40,006 bases of DNA, taken from positions 1 to 40,006 of the forward strand of contig JAZDCZ010000069.1 in NCBI GenBank assembly GCA_036679605.1, in the 5' to 3' direction. Source of the DNA: Gemmatimonadota bacterium. GTDB taxonomy: Bacteria; Gemmatimonadota; Gemmatimonadetes; Gemmatimonadales; GWC2-71-9. Made by a program: the position numbers and the translations under genes. Positions within the stretch are counted from its first letter, which is position 1, and each line of letters begins with the position of its first letter. Positions 19,227-27,871 of this stretch are shown here, piece after piece. Below the pieces are notes generated by a model, which made no database searches, was not told the DNA's origin, and saw only the letters and a program-made list of their open reading frames with translations.

Positions 19227-20351
19227 ATGAGGACATTAGGCATCGTTTGTCTCGCTTCGGCGCTTCTCACGTCTTCGGCGTTGGGGCAACGGCGCCGGAT
19301 CGTCCCTGCCGAATGGCGAGTGGAGCAGGGGTGGAAGACAGATTGGTCCAACTACATTCTGCATCCCGATTCGCTTACGGTTACCGGTGACCGCAACCGG
19401 CTGCCATCGCTGGACTATCCGAAATTCGAAACCATCGAGTCGGCCGGCAAGTGGCTGCGGGACCGCGAGCCGGTGGCCGTGGTATCCATCAACGGCGACG
19501 TGCGAGCATATCCCATCAAGATCATGATGGAGCATGACATTGCCAACGACGTGGTGGGTGGCACGCCCGTACTGATGACGTTTTGCATTCTATGCGGTAG
19601 CGCCATGGCGTTCGACCGGCGCTTCGACGGTGAAACCTTGGAATTCAGTTACGCCGGCGCGCTCCACAATTCCAACCTGGTGATCTACGACAGGACAACG
19701 GAGACATTGTGGGGACAGGCTGTGGGGCAGGGTCTCATCGGCAAGTACGCGGGCGAGCGTCTCACGTTCATTCCGGCGCCGGTGCTGAGCTTCAAGGATT
19801 TCAAAGACAACGAGCCCGACGGCAAAGTGCTTTCACGGGACACCGGCTTCGACCGCGACTACGATCGGGGCAGGTTGGCCGAGTACGACACATCACCTCC
19901 CTTCGCACGCATCTTCCGGTGGAAGGTCGACCAGCGACTATCAGCAAAGGAACGTGTGCTCGTCATCGAGACCCCCGACGACCTGGCGGCATTTCCATAC
20001 TCGGCGTTGTCGGAGCGAAAGGTCATATCGAGTGAAGTGGGAGGTGAAGAGTTCGTCGTACTCTGGGCGCCCGGTACCGCCAGTATCTACGGGGAGAAGG
20101 CGGGTGACGGTGTAGACGTAGGCGCGGCTGTGGCGTACTCACGGATAGTAGACGGCCGCCGTCTGCGGTTTCGCGCGACCGAGCAGGATGGTCGCTTCAG
20201 GGACCGGGAAACAGGCACAACGTGGACGCTCGCCGGGAAGGCGATCGACGGACCACTCGCCGGCAGTACACTCGAGCCGGCGGTGCACGGCGTTCACTTC
20301 TGGTTCGTATGGGCTGCGTACCGGCCCGAGACCAGAGTGGTGCGGCGGTAG
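19227..20351 (+). CDS. DUF3179 domain protein, secreted
   Basis: RAYP, HDIANDVVGG, FCILCGS, SNLVIYDR.TETLW.Q and FWFVW motifs. Confidence 0.88.
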   Translation: MRTLGIVCLASALLTSSALGQRRRIVPAEWRVEQGWKTDWSNYILHPDSLTVTGDRNRLPSLDYPKFETIESAGKWLRDREPVAVVSINGDVRAYPIKIMMEHDIANDVVGGTPVLMTFCILCGSAMAFDRRFDGETLEFSYAGALHNSNLVIYDRTTETLWGQAVGQGLIGKYAGERLTFIPAPVLSFKDFKDNEPDGKVLSRDTGFDRDYDRGRLAEYDTSPPFARIFRWKVDQRLSAKERVLVIETPDDLAAFPYSALSERKVISSEVGGEEFVVLWAPGTASIYGEKAGDGVDVGAAVAYSRIVDGRRLRFRATEQDGRFRDRETGTTWTLAGKAIDGPLAGSTLEPAVHGVHFWFVWAAYRPETRVVRR

Positions 20352-20364
20352 ACCCGCTTTACTC

Positions 20365-20514
20365 TCAGCGAAATTCCTGTGACGCCGTTTCGGCGCGTTC
20401 GGTGCTGTTGGCTTCGTTCGGCGGGTTGGGCTGCGTAACTTCATTGGGCTGGCACGGCGCAACCCACGTGAATGTCGTTTTTCTCAGAGACGACGGCTGG
20501 TGACGGTCGGTCAT
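20365..20514 (-). CDS. Putative 49-aa small protein, not in the ORF track
   Basis: TAAGGAGGT Shine-Dalgarno 5 nt before the ATG; MTDRHQPSSLRKTTFTWVAPCQPNEVTQPNPPNEANSTERAETASQEFR. Confidence 0.5.
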   Translation of the reverse strand: MTDRHQPSSLRKTTFTWVAPCQPNEVTQPNPPNEANSTERAETASQEFR

Positions 20515-20618
20515 TGGACACCTCCTTATGCATACAACGCTAGCATAAAACGGGCCGTTTTCGGGGTTCGCTATTGACCTAATTTTGCACTGGACTGTGG
20601 CGAGCGTGCCTCAGCTCT

Positions 20619-20726
20619 CTGCCACGGATCTTTGATTAGGATACAGATTCCCGTGATGTGTCTAATGTCGTTGAGGCTGGACTCGGCACCGGCGGAATCC
20701 GCGCTCAAGAAAATCATCCGCGGCAG
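20619..20726 (+). mobile_element. 108-bp MITE-like element, empty copy B
   Basis: CTGCCACGGAT...ATCCGCGGCAG terminal inverted repeat; the right-end tip TCATCCGCGGCAG is repeated at 20729-20741. Confidence 0.78.
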
Positions 20727-20759
20727 TGTCATCCGCGGCAGAATTTGAGGAGCAACATC

Positions 20760-21911
20760 ATGTATAGATCTTTCTTTGTAGTTCTGGTTGCCTCTGCCCT
20801 TGCCTCCACTGCAATCGCACAAGGGAAACCCAGGGCTAGAGACCTCGGTGTGCCCTTCGAGGGTGCAACCGGGCCGCTGAATGCCATTACTGACGTCGCT
20901 GGAGTGTGGGTGGGACACACTACGTTGATCAGCGGCCAAGGTCCTCTGCGAGTAGGTGAAGGACCGGTGCGCACCGGAGTCACTGTGATCCTACCGCGCG
21001 GAGAGAATCCGGCCGACCCCGTCTTTGGTGGGTGGTTCGCGCTGAACGGCAACGGAGAGATGACGGGCACCACCTGGATAGAGGAATCTGGGTTTCTCGA
21101 AGGGCCCATTGCCATCACCAACACCCATAGTGTGGGCACCGTGCGGGACGCTATCATCGCGTGGCAGGTCGAACATGGTACCGGATTTCAACCGTGGTCG
21201 CTGCCGGTGGTTGCCGAGACGTATGACGGAACGCTCAACGACATCAACGGATTCCACGTGAAGCCGGAACATGTCTTCTCCGCCCTGGAGCGTGCGGCTT
21301 CGGGTCCGGTCGCCGAGGGTAACGTGGGCGGCGGCACGGGCATGCGCTGTCTCGGGTTCAAGTGCGGCATCGGAACGTCGTCGAGAACTGGAATAGGAAC
21401 GGACGATTACACGGTGGGCGTGCTGGTACAGGCGAATTTCGGCGGCCGGCGTCAACTCACCATTGCAGGAGTGCCAGTAGGTAGGGAGATCATCCGGGGC
21501 GGTGCAGAGGGTCAACCTGACGAACCGAACGAACGCGGTTCGATCATTATCGTCGTGGCTACTGATGCGCCTCTGCTTCCGCACCAGCTAAAGAGGATTG
21601 CTCGGCGCGCGTCCTTGGGTGTCGCAAGAACCGGTGGAACGGCCGGCAACGGGTCGGGCGACATCTTCGTTGCGTTCTCCACTGCCAACCCCGGGGCTGC
21701 GAGTGCTAATCCCACGTCTGCGGTTACAGCGCTGGCCAATGCACGAATGAGCGTCCTGTTCGAGGCGACTGTCCAAGCTACTGAAGAGGCGATTATCAAC
21801 GCGATGGTGGCGGCCGAAACAATGGTGGGAAGAGACGGCAACCGCTCGGAGGCGCTGCCGCACGACAGGCTACGAGAGATCTTGAGGCGTTACAACCGGT
21901 TGAACCCGTGA
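20760..21911 (+). CDS. dmpA: DmpA-like P1/S58 family aminopeptidase
   Basis: RARDLG, NAITDVAGV.VGH, TNTHSVG, EGNVGGGTGM, G-S autocleavage site (ERGSIII) and SGDIF; GAGGAG RBS. Confidence 0.92.
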   Translation: MYRSFFVVLVASALASTAIAQGKPRARDLGVPFEGATGPLNAITDVAGVWVGHTTLISGQGPLRVGEGPVRTGVTVILPRGENPADPVFGGWFALNGNGEMTGTTWIEESGFLEGPIAITNTHSVGTVRDAIIAWQVEHGTGFQPWSLPVVAETYDGTLNDINGFHVKPEHVFSALERAASGPVAEGNVGGGTGMRCLGFKCGIGTSSRTGIGTDDYTVGVLVQANFGGRRQLTIAGVPVGREIIRGGAEGQPDEPNERGSIIIVVATDAPLLPHQLKRIARRASLGVARTGGTAGNGSGDIFVAFSTANPGAASANPTSAVTALANARMSVLFEATVQATEEAIINAMVAAETMVGRDGNRSEALPHDRLREILRRYNRLNP

Positions 21912-21913
21912 GT

Positions 21914-21955
21914 CTGCCGCGGATCTTTGATCAGGACGGGGATTCCCGAAGGATG
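21914..21955 (+). repeat. Left end of the 108-bp element family
   Basis: CTGCCGCGGATCTTTGATCAGGACGGGGATTCCC. Confidence 0.8.
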
Positions 21956-21961
21956 CTCTTG

Positions 21962-22869
21962 CTACTTTGTTCGCTCAGAAATCCAGCTCGTAATCCGTTC
22001 TAGAAACCCCGGGGCGAACTCCTTTGGTAGGGTAGAGTACTCGGCCACGCTGCCGGACACGGCTTGTTGAAACAAGTGATTGGCACCCGGGATCACTTCG
22101 ACGAAGAAATCTTTGCTGCCACCCTCGCTCAGCGCCTGTTTCATTACGGGAAGATTCAAACCGGCCGGCACTTGTAGATCTTTCTCGCCAAACAGTGCCA
22201 GCACGGGAATTCCGACTTCCCGCAGTGCATCGGCAGGATCGTAATCTATGAAAAATCGAAACCATTCGTTCTGCACGCCGGCGAGCGTAGCGTCAGTTGT
22301 GGTCCGGATGTAGGCCTCCACATCTCCTAGTGCCGCCACGCTCTCCTCAGGCGCGCCTTCGATCGCTTCGCGAAGCTCGGCCTCCACATGCCCGCGAGCA
22401 ATATCCCACCCATCGTCGTGGTGTCGTTGGAAAATTCGACTTCCTCAACGGCGTATGGAAGTTGTTCGGCATCCGGTTCATTCGAAACTACCGGACCGTT
22501 GCCCTCCCCACGGGACAGATTGAAGGTTCCTTCAATGCCGGCCTGGGTGAACGAACCCGATATTGACTCGTTGTCGATAATCCCTTGGAAGATTGCTAGG
22601 CCAGGATCCGCTTGCAGTTCGAAGTGAACCGCATTGCCATCCAAGGTGACATTCGTCAGTGGCACACCCGTCGCTCCCTGAATGTCTATGCTTGCTTCGA
22701 GTTCGCCTCCCGAAGCGGCGAACTCCACCACCATGTCCAGATTGGTTCCCGCAACATGGATTGCCCCAGCCCAGCGCCCGATCAGTGTGTCCATTTGCGC
22801 CCTAGCCGTCAAAGGCGAGATAAGTGCCAGGAGTGATCCGAGTACAAGAGTAATGCGTTTCCGCTTCAC
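21962..22869 (-). pseudogene. Secreted alpha/beta hydrolase with internal deletion and frameshift
   Basis: Signal peptide and LPY..EEVEF in one frame; YDP, PVLALFGEKDLQV and GANHLFQ in another. The central GxSxG nucleophile region is absent; junction near 22385-22400. Confidence 0.82.
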
Positions 22870-22992
22870 GATTTCCCTCCGCCTTCCGGCTCGACAACAA
22901 CGGCGTTGCCAAATGCCCCACCGCTCACCGACGCACGCTGCGGGACCACACCGGCATGCTGCGCGGCCAACGATACTTTGGTTGCCGGATAC

Positions 22993-23154
22993 TGACAATC
23001 TCGCTGCAACAGGCATCGGTGAACGCTCCGTGTGATTCCACCGACAACATGAAGCTAAGCTCGGCAGGGCCGAGTATCCAAGTCCTCAAGGGGAGTGTCG
23101 AAAAAAGTGCGATGCGGGAACGCGCCCGGCGTCAAGCCCTATCTGTCACGGATC
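22993..23154. repeat. Duplicated segment: start and upstream region of the 26511..26888 gene plus a short element left end
   Basis: 22993-23105 aligns with 26865-26976; 23120-23154 aligns with 27746-27781. Confidence 0.85.
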
Positions 23155-23277
23155 ACCTGGCCCACCCCTGGCCTACTCTCGTCGTAAACTCTATTCTTGA
23201 CTCCTCTCCAGCGCTCGGAGCCATAGCAGTGACAGACAAGTGGGAGCGTCTCAAGACCGGTCTTGCAGATCGCTAGA

Positions 23278-24945
23278 ATGAGGTTTTCGACTAACATGCT
23301 GCTGGTTTGCCTGGTCGCCGGCTGTGTAGCGGAGGAGATAATAGAGCCGGACGAAGAGCTTCTCGAGCCGGCCGACGGATTGACGCACGAGATGGCATTC
23401 GTGGACCGCACCACGGAAGCGGGATTCATTGCTTTCGGTTCTGCTTCGTCTGAACCTGACCAGGAAGAATCGGCCATGCAAATGGAGTTGGCAATGCTGG
23501 GTGGAGTTGCTGCCGGCGACTTCGACGCTGACGGTGACGTCGATCTCTTTCTGGTATCCGATGGCTCGGGCGACAATTTGCTATATCGGAATAACGGAGA
23601 CGGCACCTTTGAGGAAGTGGGTGCTCAATACGGTATAAGCAGTACGCCGATATACGAATCCGGGCCCATCTTTGTCGACTATGACGGTGACGGCCATCTC
23701 GATTTGATCGTTGGCGGTGTCCGGCGGATGTCTGAGTGGCAGGATTACAATTCTGTCGCGGTATTCCGCAACACCGGTATGCAGAGCTTCGTTGATGTGA
23801 CACCGGGAACGGGCTTGGTCTTGCCACCGGAAGTCGACACCTACTCGATTTCCGCCGGAGATGTTGATGGAGATGATCGTCTTGATCTGTTCCTCAGCCA
23901 CTGGCGGACGCGCGGCGGACGGGATTCTCTCGGCGCGGTAGTGACTGTCTCTCACGGGCGCAACTTTTTATGGAAGAACAATGGTGCCGGAAGCTTTGTC
24001 GACATTACCAGTGAGTTTGGCTTGGATGAACTCCGATTCACCTTGACGGCCAACTTTTCTGACATCGATCGTGATGATGATCTCGACTTGCTAGTGGCGA
24101 GTGATTTCCGTAGCAGCATGGTATTGCTGAACAATGGCGGGACGTTTGTGGAGGAGCCGAACTCGGTACTGAGTGATGGTAATGGGATGGGCGCCTCGAT
24201 GGGGGACTACGACAATGACGGGGACCTTGACTGGTTCGTAACGAGCATCTGGGATCCCAACGGGATAGCCGAAGGGGAGTGGGATATCTCCGGTAACCGC
24301 CTCTACCGAAATGACGGTCATGGGCGGTTCGCAGATGTGAGCATTGCGGCAGGCGTTCGGGAGGGGTACTGGGGATGGGCGAGTTGTTTCGCTGACTTCG
24401 ACAATGACGGCAACCTCGACTTGTTTCATGTTAACGGCATGCAGGCGAATAGGAATTCGATATTTGGTGAATTCTGGGCGGACCCGTCCCGTCTCTTCAT
24501 TGCCAATGGGGATGGGACGTTTACAGAACGATCATCCGAGGTCGGGCTGAGTGACTACGGGCAGGGCCGCGGGGTTGTGTGTTTCGATGCCGATCGAGAT
24601 GGTGATATTGATATTTTCGTAGCCAACAACGCGCAGCCACCAACGTTTTACGTCAACGAAGGGACAAATGTCAACAATTATCTAGAGATCGTGCTTCGGG
24701 GTGTCTCCCCGAACACCCAGGGCATAGGTGCACGAATAATGGTAACGGCAGGAGGAAAAATTCAGACCCGAGAGATCCGCGCGGGTGGCAACTACGTTTC
24801 CCAAGATCCGGCGGAAGCGCACTTTGGATTTGGTCAGGAGGAAATCGCCAGCGAGGTACTCGTCAGATGGCCTGACGGGCAGGTAACGGTTCTGCAGGCT
24901 GTCGCTGCCAACCAGGTCTTGGTGATACCTCACCCGGGTTTGTGA
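23278..24945 (+). CDS. CRTAC1/ASPIC-UnbV family FG-GAP repeat lipoprotein
   Basis: Lipobox VAGC; repeated D.D.DG..D motifs; C-terminal N..GIGA..V and YVSQ...HFG..V.WPDG. Confidence 0.92.
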   Translation: MRFSTNMLLVCLVAGCVAEEIIEPDEELLEPADGLTHEMAFVDRTTEAGFIAFGSASSEPDQEESAMQMELAMLGGVAAGDFDADGDVDLFLVSDGSGDNLLYRNNGDGTFEEVGAQYGISSTPIYESGPIFVDYDGDGHLDLIVGGVRRMSEWQDYNSVAVFRNTGMQSFVDVTPGTGLVLPPEVDTYSISAGDVDGDDRLDLFLSHWRTRGGRDSLGAVVTVSHGRNFLWKNNGAGSFVDITSEFGLDELRFTLTANFSDIDRDDDLDLLVASDFRSSMVLLNNGGTFVEEPNSVLSDGNGMGASMGDYDNDGDLDWFVTSIWDPNGIAEGEWDISGNRLYRNDGHGRFADVSIAAGVREGYWGWASCFADFDNDGNLDLFHVNGMQANRNSIFGEFWADPSRLFIANGDGTFTERSSEVGLSDYGQGRGVVCFDADRDGDIDIFVANNAQPPTFYVNEGTNVNNYLEIVLRGVSPNTQGIGARIMVTAGGKIQTREIRAGGNYVSQDPAEAHFGFGQEEIASEVLVRWPDGQVTVLQAVAANQVLVIPHPGL

Positions 24946-24960
24946 ATAGCGGCTCAAGAA

Positions 24961-25027
24961 AAAGCCGGAGAGCTTTCGCCCCCCGGCCTTCTCCTGTAGC
25001 TAACGACTACGCTAGATCAGGTCCTGT
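24961..25027 (-). terminator. Two-hairpin repeat ending in an intrinsic terminator
   Basis: Minus strand GGCCGGGGGGC-GAAA-GCTCTCCGGCT-TTTTCTT after the 25044 stop; homologous to 16886-16953. Confidence 0.75.
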
Positions 25028-25043
25028 CTGATCGTCCATGCGG

Positions 25044-26369
25044 CTATTGCCGATTCAGAGTACGAAAGCTGAATTCGTCGAAGGTGAGGTCCGGTTCACC
25101 GGATAGAGTGTCGTTGCCGGTGAACGTTACATCGACAACAAATACGTCACCACCAGTCGCAGGACTTCCATTCAAGAGAAAGATGAATGCCCATTCGTTG
25201 GGCACCAGGTCAGGATCCGAACCGTCGATGAACTGGATCACATTCTGTGCGATCTCGTTCACGCTCCAAGTGCCGACGAACGACCCGATGTCATCGATCC
25301 CTGCAACGGTTCCATCTGATTTGAAGGTCAGCTGAACGGACTCTCCATTGCCAGCGATGGTGTAGGCAAGCGTCGAGGTTCCGCCAGTCGTAGTGGGTGC
25401 GCCTGCAATATCCGTCTCGGTGAGATCAACAGGGCGAAGCAACGTTAGCAGTTCCGGCGGCTCTACTGTGCCGTCGGTATCGGTGAATATGCCAATGGCA
25501 GAAATGGAGCGCGCGGTTCCGCCCGCCCGTGTCAGTGTGGTCACGCCTCCATCTTCGTCAATAACGCTCAGGACACCCGCCGCGTCCACGTTCCATGAAA
25601 ACTCACTACCTGTCCCCGGGATCTCTTCACTGTCGACGCTGAATCCGGTCGATCCCTGCGCACCCGGACTGGACAATTCGTCGAACACGACGATGCCCGC
25701 CGCGCCCTCATTCGAGATGACAAGGACGAACGCAACGCCGGCCAGTTCGGCCACGTCAAACGTGTTGTCCGTTCCGTTGTTGAGGTTTTCGTTGGCCGTA
25801 TTCGCGTCTACGAGAGCTGCGCCGGGCACTGCGGCGATCGCACCGATAATGGCGGGGTCACTCTCGAATGCGGCGGCATCCGTATTTTCGAAAACAGCAC
25901 TGGAAACGGACTGTCCGGCAAGTATCGCTGCTGCAACGGTAACGTCGATCCCGTTGCTCGGATCGTTGTCGATGTCCAGTGATTGAATGAATCGCGCGAT
26001 GTTTTCGGGAACTACGAAATCAAAGGGCGTACACACCGGAGCGCCATCTGACAATGTTCCGAGTTCGACCCCACCAATAGAGAACGTCAGCGGTTCACCA
26101 GGCGTATACTCAAACGCACCGGTTTCGTCGGTAACCCCCGGAAGGTTGTCTCCGGATTGGTAAGTCAGGCCCTGGACTGCGGCGTCAATGAAGAACCCTG
26201 TCGCCGTCGTACCTGCTCCGGGGTCGAGATCTGTCAGACTATCGCTGTCCGAGCAACCGATAAATCCTATCGAGAGGAGAAATGTTAGTAGGAGTGCCCC
26301 CGACCGGCGGCGGTGAGATCTTGCTGGTTGAGGGGTACCACGTGTGTGGCATAGCTGCGCATTGGGCAT
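25044..26369 (-). CDS. Acidic beta-rich surface lipoprotein, unknown function
   Basis: AAGGA RBS; lipobox FIGC; GFFIDAAVQGLTY, TFSIGGV and QSLD.D..PSNGI motifs. Confidence 0.8.
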   Translation of the reverse strand: MPNAQLCHTRGTPQPARSHRRRSGALLLTFLLSIGFIGCSDSDSLTDLDPGAGTTATGFFIDAAVQGLTYQSGDNLPGVTDETGAFEYTPGEPLTFSIGGVELGTLSDGAPVCTPFDFVVPENIARFIQSLDIDNDPSNGIDVTVAAAILAGQSVSSAVFENTDAAAFESDPAIIGAIAAVPGAALVDANTANENLNNGTDNTFDVAELAGVAFVLVISNEGAAGIVVFDELSSPGAQGSTGFSVDSEEIPGTGSEFSWNVDAAGVLSVIDEDGGVTTLTRAGGTARSISAIGIFTDTDGTVEPPELLTLLRPVDLTETDIAGAPTTTGGTSTLAYTIAGNGESVQLTFKSDGTVAGIDDIGSFVGTWSVNEIAQNVIQFIDGSDPDLVPNEWAFIFLLNGSPATGGDVFVVDVTFTGNDTLSGEPDLTFDEFSFRTLNRQ

Positions 26370-26510
26370 TAACAGTCCTTTGATGAGGGGCAGAGTACTG
26401 AATTGACGACGTGGGTAGGGTGATCTACACCGGTCCACGGGGGGTGGACACCCCCGCAAGGCAATTTCTAAAGTTCAACCGTTTTGTCAAGGCCGGGTTC
26501 GGCATCTAGA

Positions 26511-26888
26511 TCAGAACTTGAGCAGCGCGATCATCGTTCCGAGGATGGTGAACGTTGAGAGGAATGACCATCTGAGCAATCTGGTTTCCAGGGCACTCAT
26601 CTTGGTCTCAAGGGTTGCTTCCAGCTCCTTCATGTTGGCTGCTAGGGTGCTGATCTCGGTTTCGAGCTTGGTTTCCAACGCACTCATTTTGGTTGTGAGT
26701 TTGGATTCCAGCTCACTCATTCGCTGTTCCAGCTTGGCATCGAAGCGTGCGAAGTTCAGCTCGTTGAACTCACGAAGATTTGCTCTGTACGTTGCGTCCA
26801 CCTGGTTGAACCAATCGACTAGTTCCTGGGCGATGTCCTCGCCCAGGCGTTGGTAGAACTTCTGTGACAATCTCGCTGTAACCGGCAT
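26511..26888 (-). CDS. DUF1640/CCDC90-like coiled-coil protein with C-terminal membrane anchor
   Basis: LSQKFYQRLGEDIAQELVDWFN; 11-residue repeats (TKMSALETKLE); hydrophobic C-terminus; GGAG RBS. Confidence 0.78.
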   Translation of the reverse strand: MPVTARLSQKFYQRLGEDIAQELVDWFNQVDATYRANLREFNELNFARFDAKLEQRMSELESKLTTKMSALETKLETEISTLAANMKELEATLETKMSALETRLLRWSFLSTFTILGTMIALLKF

Positions 26889-27039
26889 TGGTGAACGCTC
26901 CGTGATGTTCACCGACAACATAAAGCTAAGCTCGGCTGGGCCGAGTATCCAAGTCCTCAAGGCGAGTATCGAAAAAGCGCGGTCGGAATGAAATCTAGTG
27001 TGGGCGGTGCCCGAAGACCCGGACACCGCCCCATTTAGT

Positions 27040-27555
27040 TCAGACCAAACCAGCCTCGCGATAGCGGTGGAGACCCGTCTCTGCATGTAAACGAAGCTTG
27101 CGGTCGGAGTCCTGATCCAGAACCATTTTGAATGCCGGAAGCACGCGCGCGTCGGGCGCGCGTATGGCCAGCATCGCAACCGCCATTCGGCGCACTCGAA
27201 TGCTCTCGTCGATTTCGATACGTTCGATCAACAGCGGCACGACGTCGACCGGACATTCGTCTTCCTTGCACTCCTCACACGAGATAGAGTGGACCGCCCA
27301 GAGCCGGACCAGGCTCTTGGGGTCGCGCAGTAGAGGGATCAGACGTTCGAGCGACTCGGCGTCGGCGTTCTGATCGAGGTACATGGCGCACCAGCGGCGA
27401 ACCTGCCAGTTGCCGTGTTTGAGGCCCTCGCGCACCGCCGGCAGTGCGGCGCGGCCCATCTTCTGGAGGGCGCAGTACGCCGGAAACCGCTTCTCCGAGT
27501 CAACAAATGCGCCGACTAGCTCCTCTGGTGAAGCGGGCAGTCTAGTTTCATTCAT
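27040..27555 (-). CDS. HEAT-repeat (PBS-lyase-like) protein
   Basis: Repeated L...L.D....VR..A motifs; internal CEECK; GGGAG RBS. Confidence 0.8.
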   Translation of the reverse strand: MNETRLPASPEELVGAFVDSEKRFPAYCALQKMGRAALPAVREGLKHGNWQVRRWCAMYLDQNADAESLERLIPLLRDPKSLVRLWAVHSISCEECKEDECPVDVVPLLIERIEIDESIRVRRMAVAMLAIRAPDARVLPAFKMVLDQDSDRKLRLHAETGLHRYREAGLV

Positions 27556-27618
27556 AGTGCGTATCTCCCCGGCCATGGGCCGCGTTGGGAGCGCGAAGCC
27601 GATGTCGCTACAACGAAG

Positions 27619-27705
27619 TAGGCCCCGCGCTCGCTCCATACCGCGACAACCGCTCACGAGTCAAGTCGTGAGTGCAGGTTGTCGATGGAGTGAGCGCGGG
27701 GCCTA
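27619..27705. repeat. Long imperfect palindrome (87 bp)
   Basis: TAGGCCCCGCGCTCGCTCCAT pairs with ATGGAGTGAGCGCGGGGCCTA; inner arms CGACAACC/GGTTGTCG and CTCACGA/TCGTGAG. Confidence 0.85.
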
Positions 27706-27825
27706 ACCCCGCGCACACAGCTTATGCCACGAAAAATTCACACGGACGCGTCCGGCGTCAAGGGCCGATCTGCCACGGATCTTTGATCCGCAACAGTCCA
27801 TCACGTAAATGCCTGCTCCAGGGAG

Positions 27826-27871
27826 TTGATTATTCACTATGTGAATGATTATCATTCATACCATGAATAAT
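27826..27871 (+). promoter_or_regulatory. Sigma70-like promoter overlapped by two tandem 21-bp palindromes
   Basis: TTGATT-18-TATCAT; ATTATTCAC-TAT-GTGAATGAT (27829-27849) and ATCATTCAT-ACC-ATGAATAAT (27851-27871). Confidence 0.65.

Noticed and set aside
19227..20351. Selenoprotein form of DUF3179
   Set aside because: The CxxC motif is encoded by TGC codons and there is no in-frame TGA.
22870..23016. N-terminal extension of ORF 22327..23016
   Set aside because: It is a chance fusion of the duplicated coiled-coil gene start with intergenic DNA; the hydrolase has its own GGAGG and GTG at 22869.
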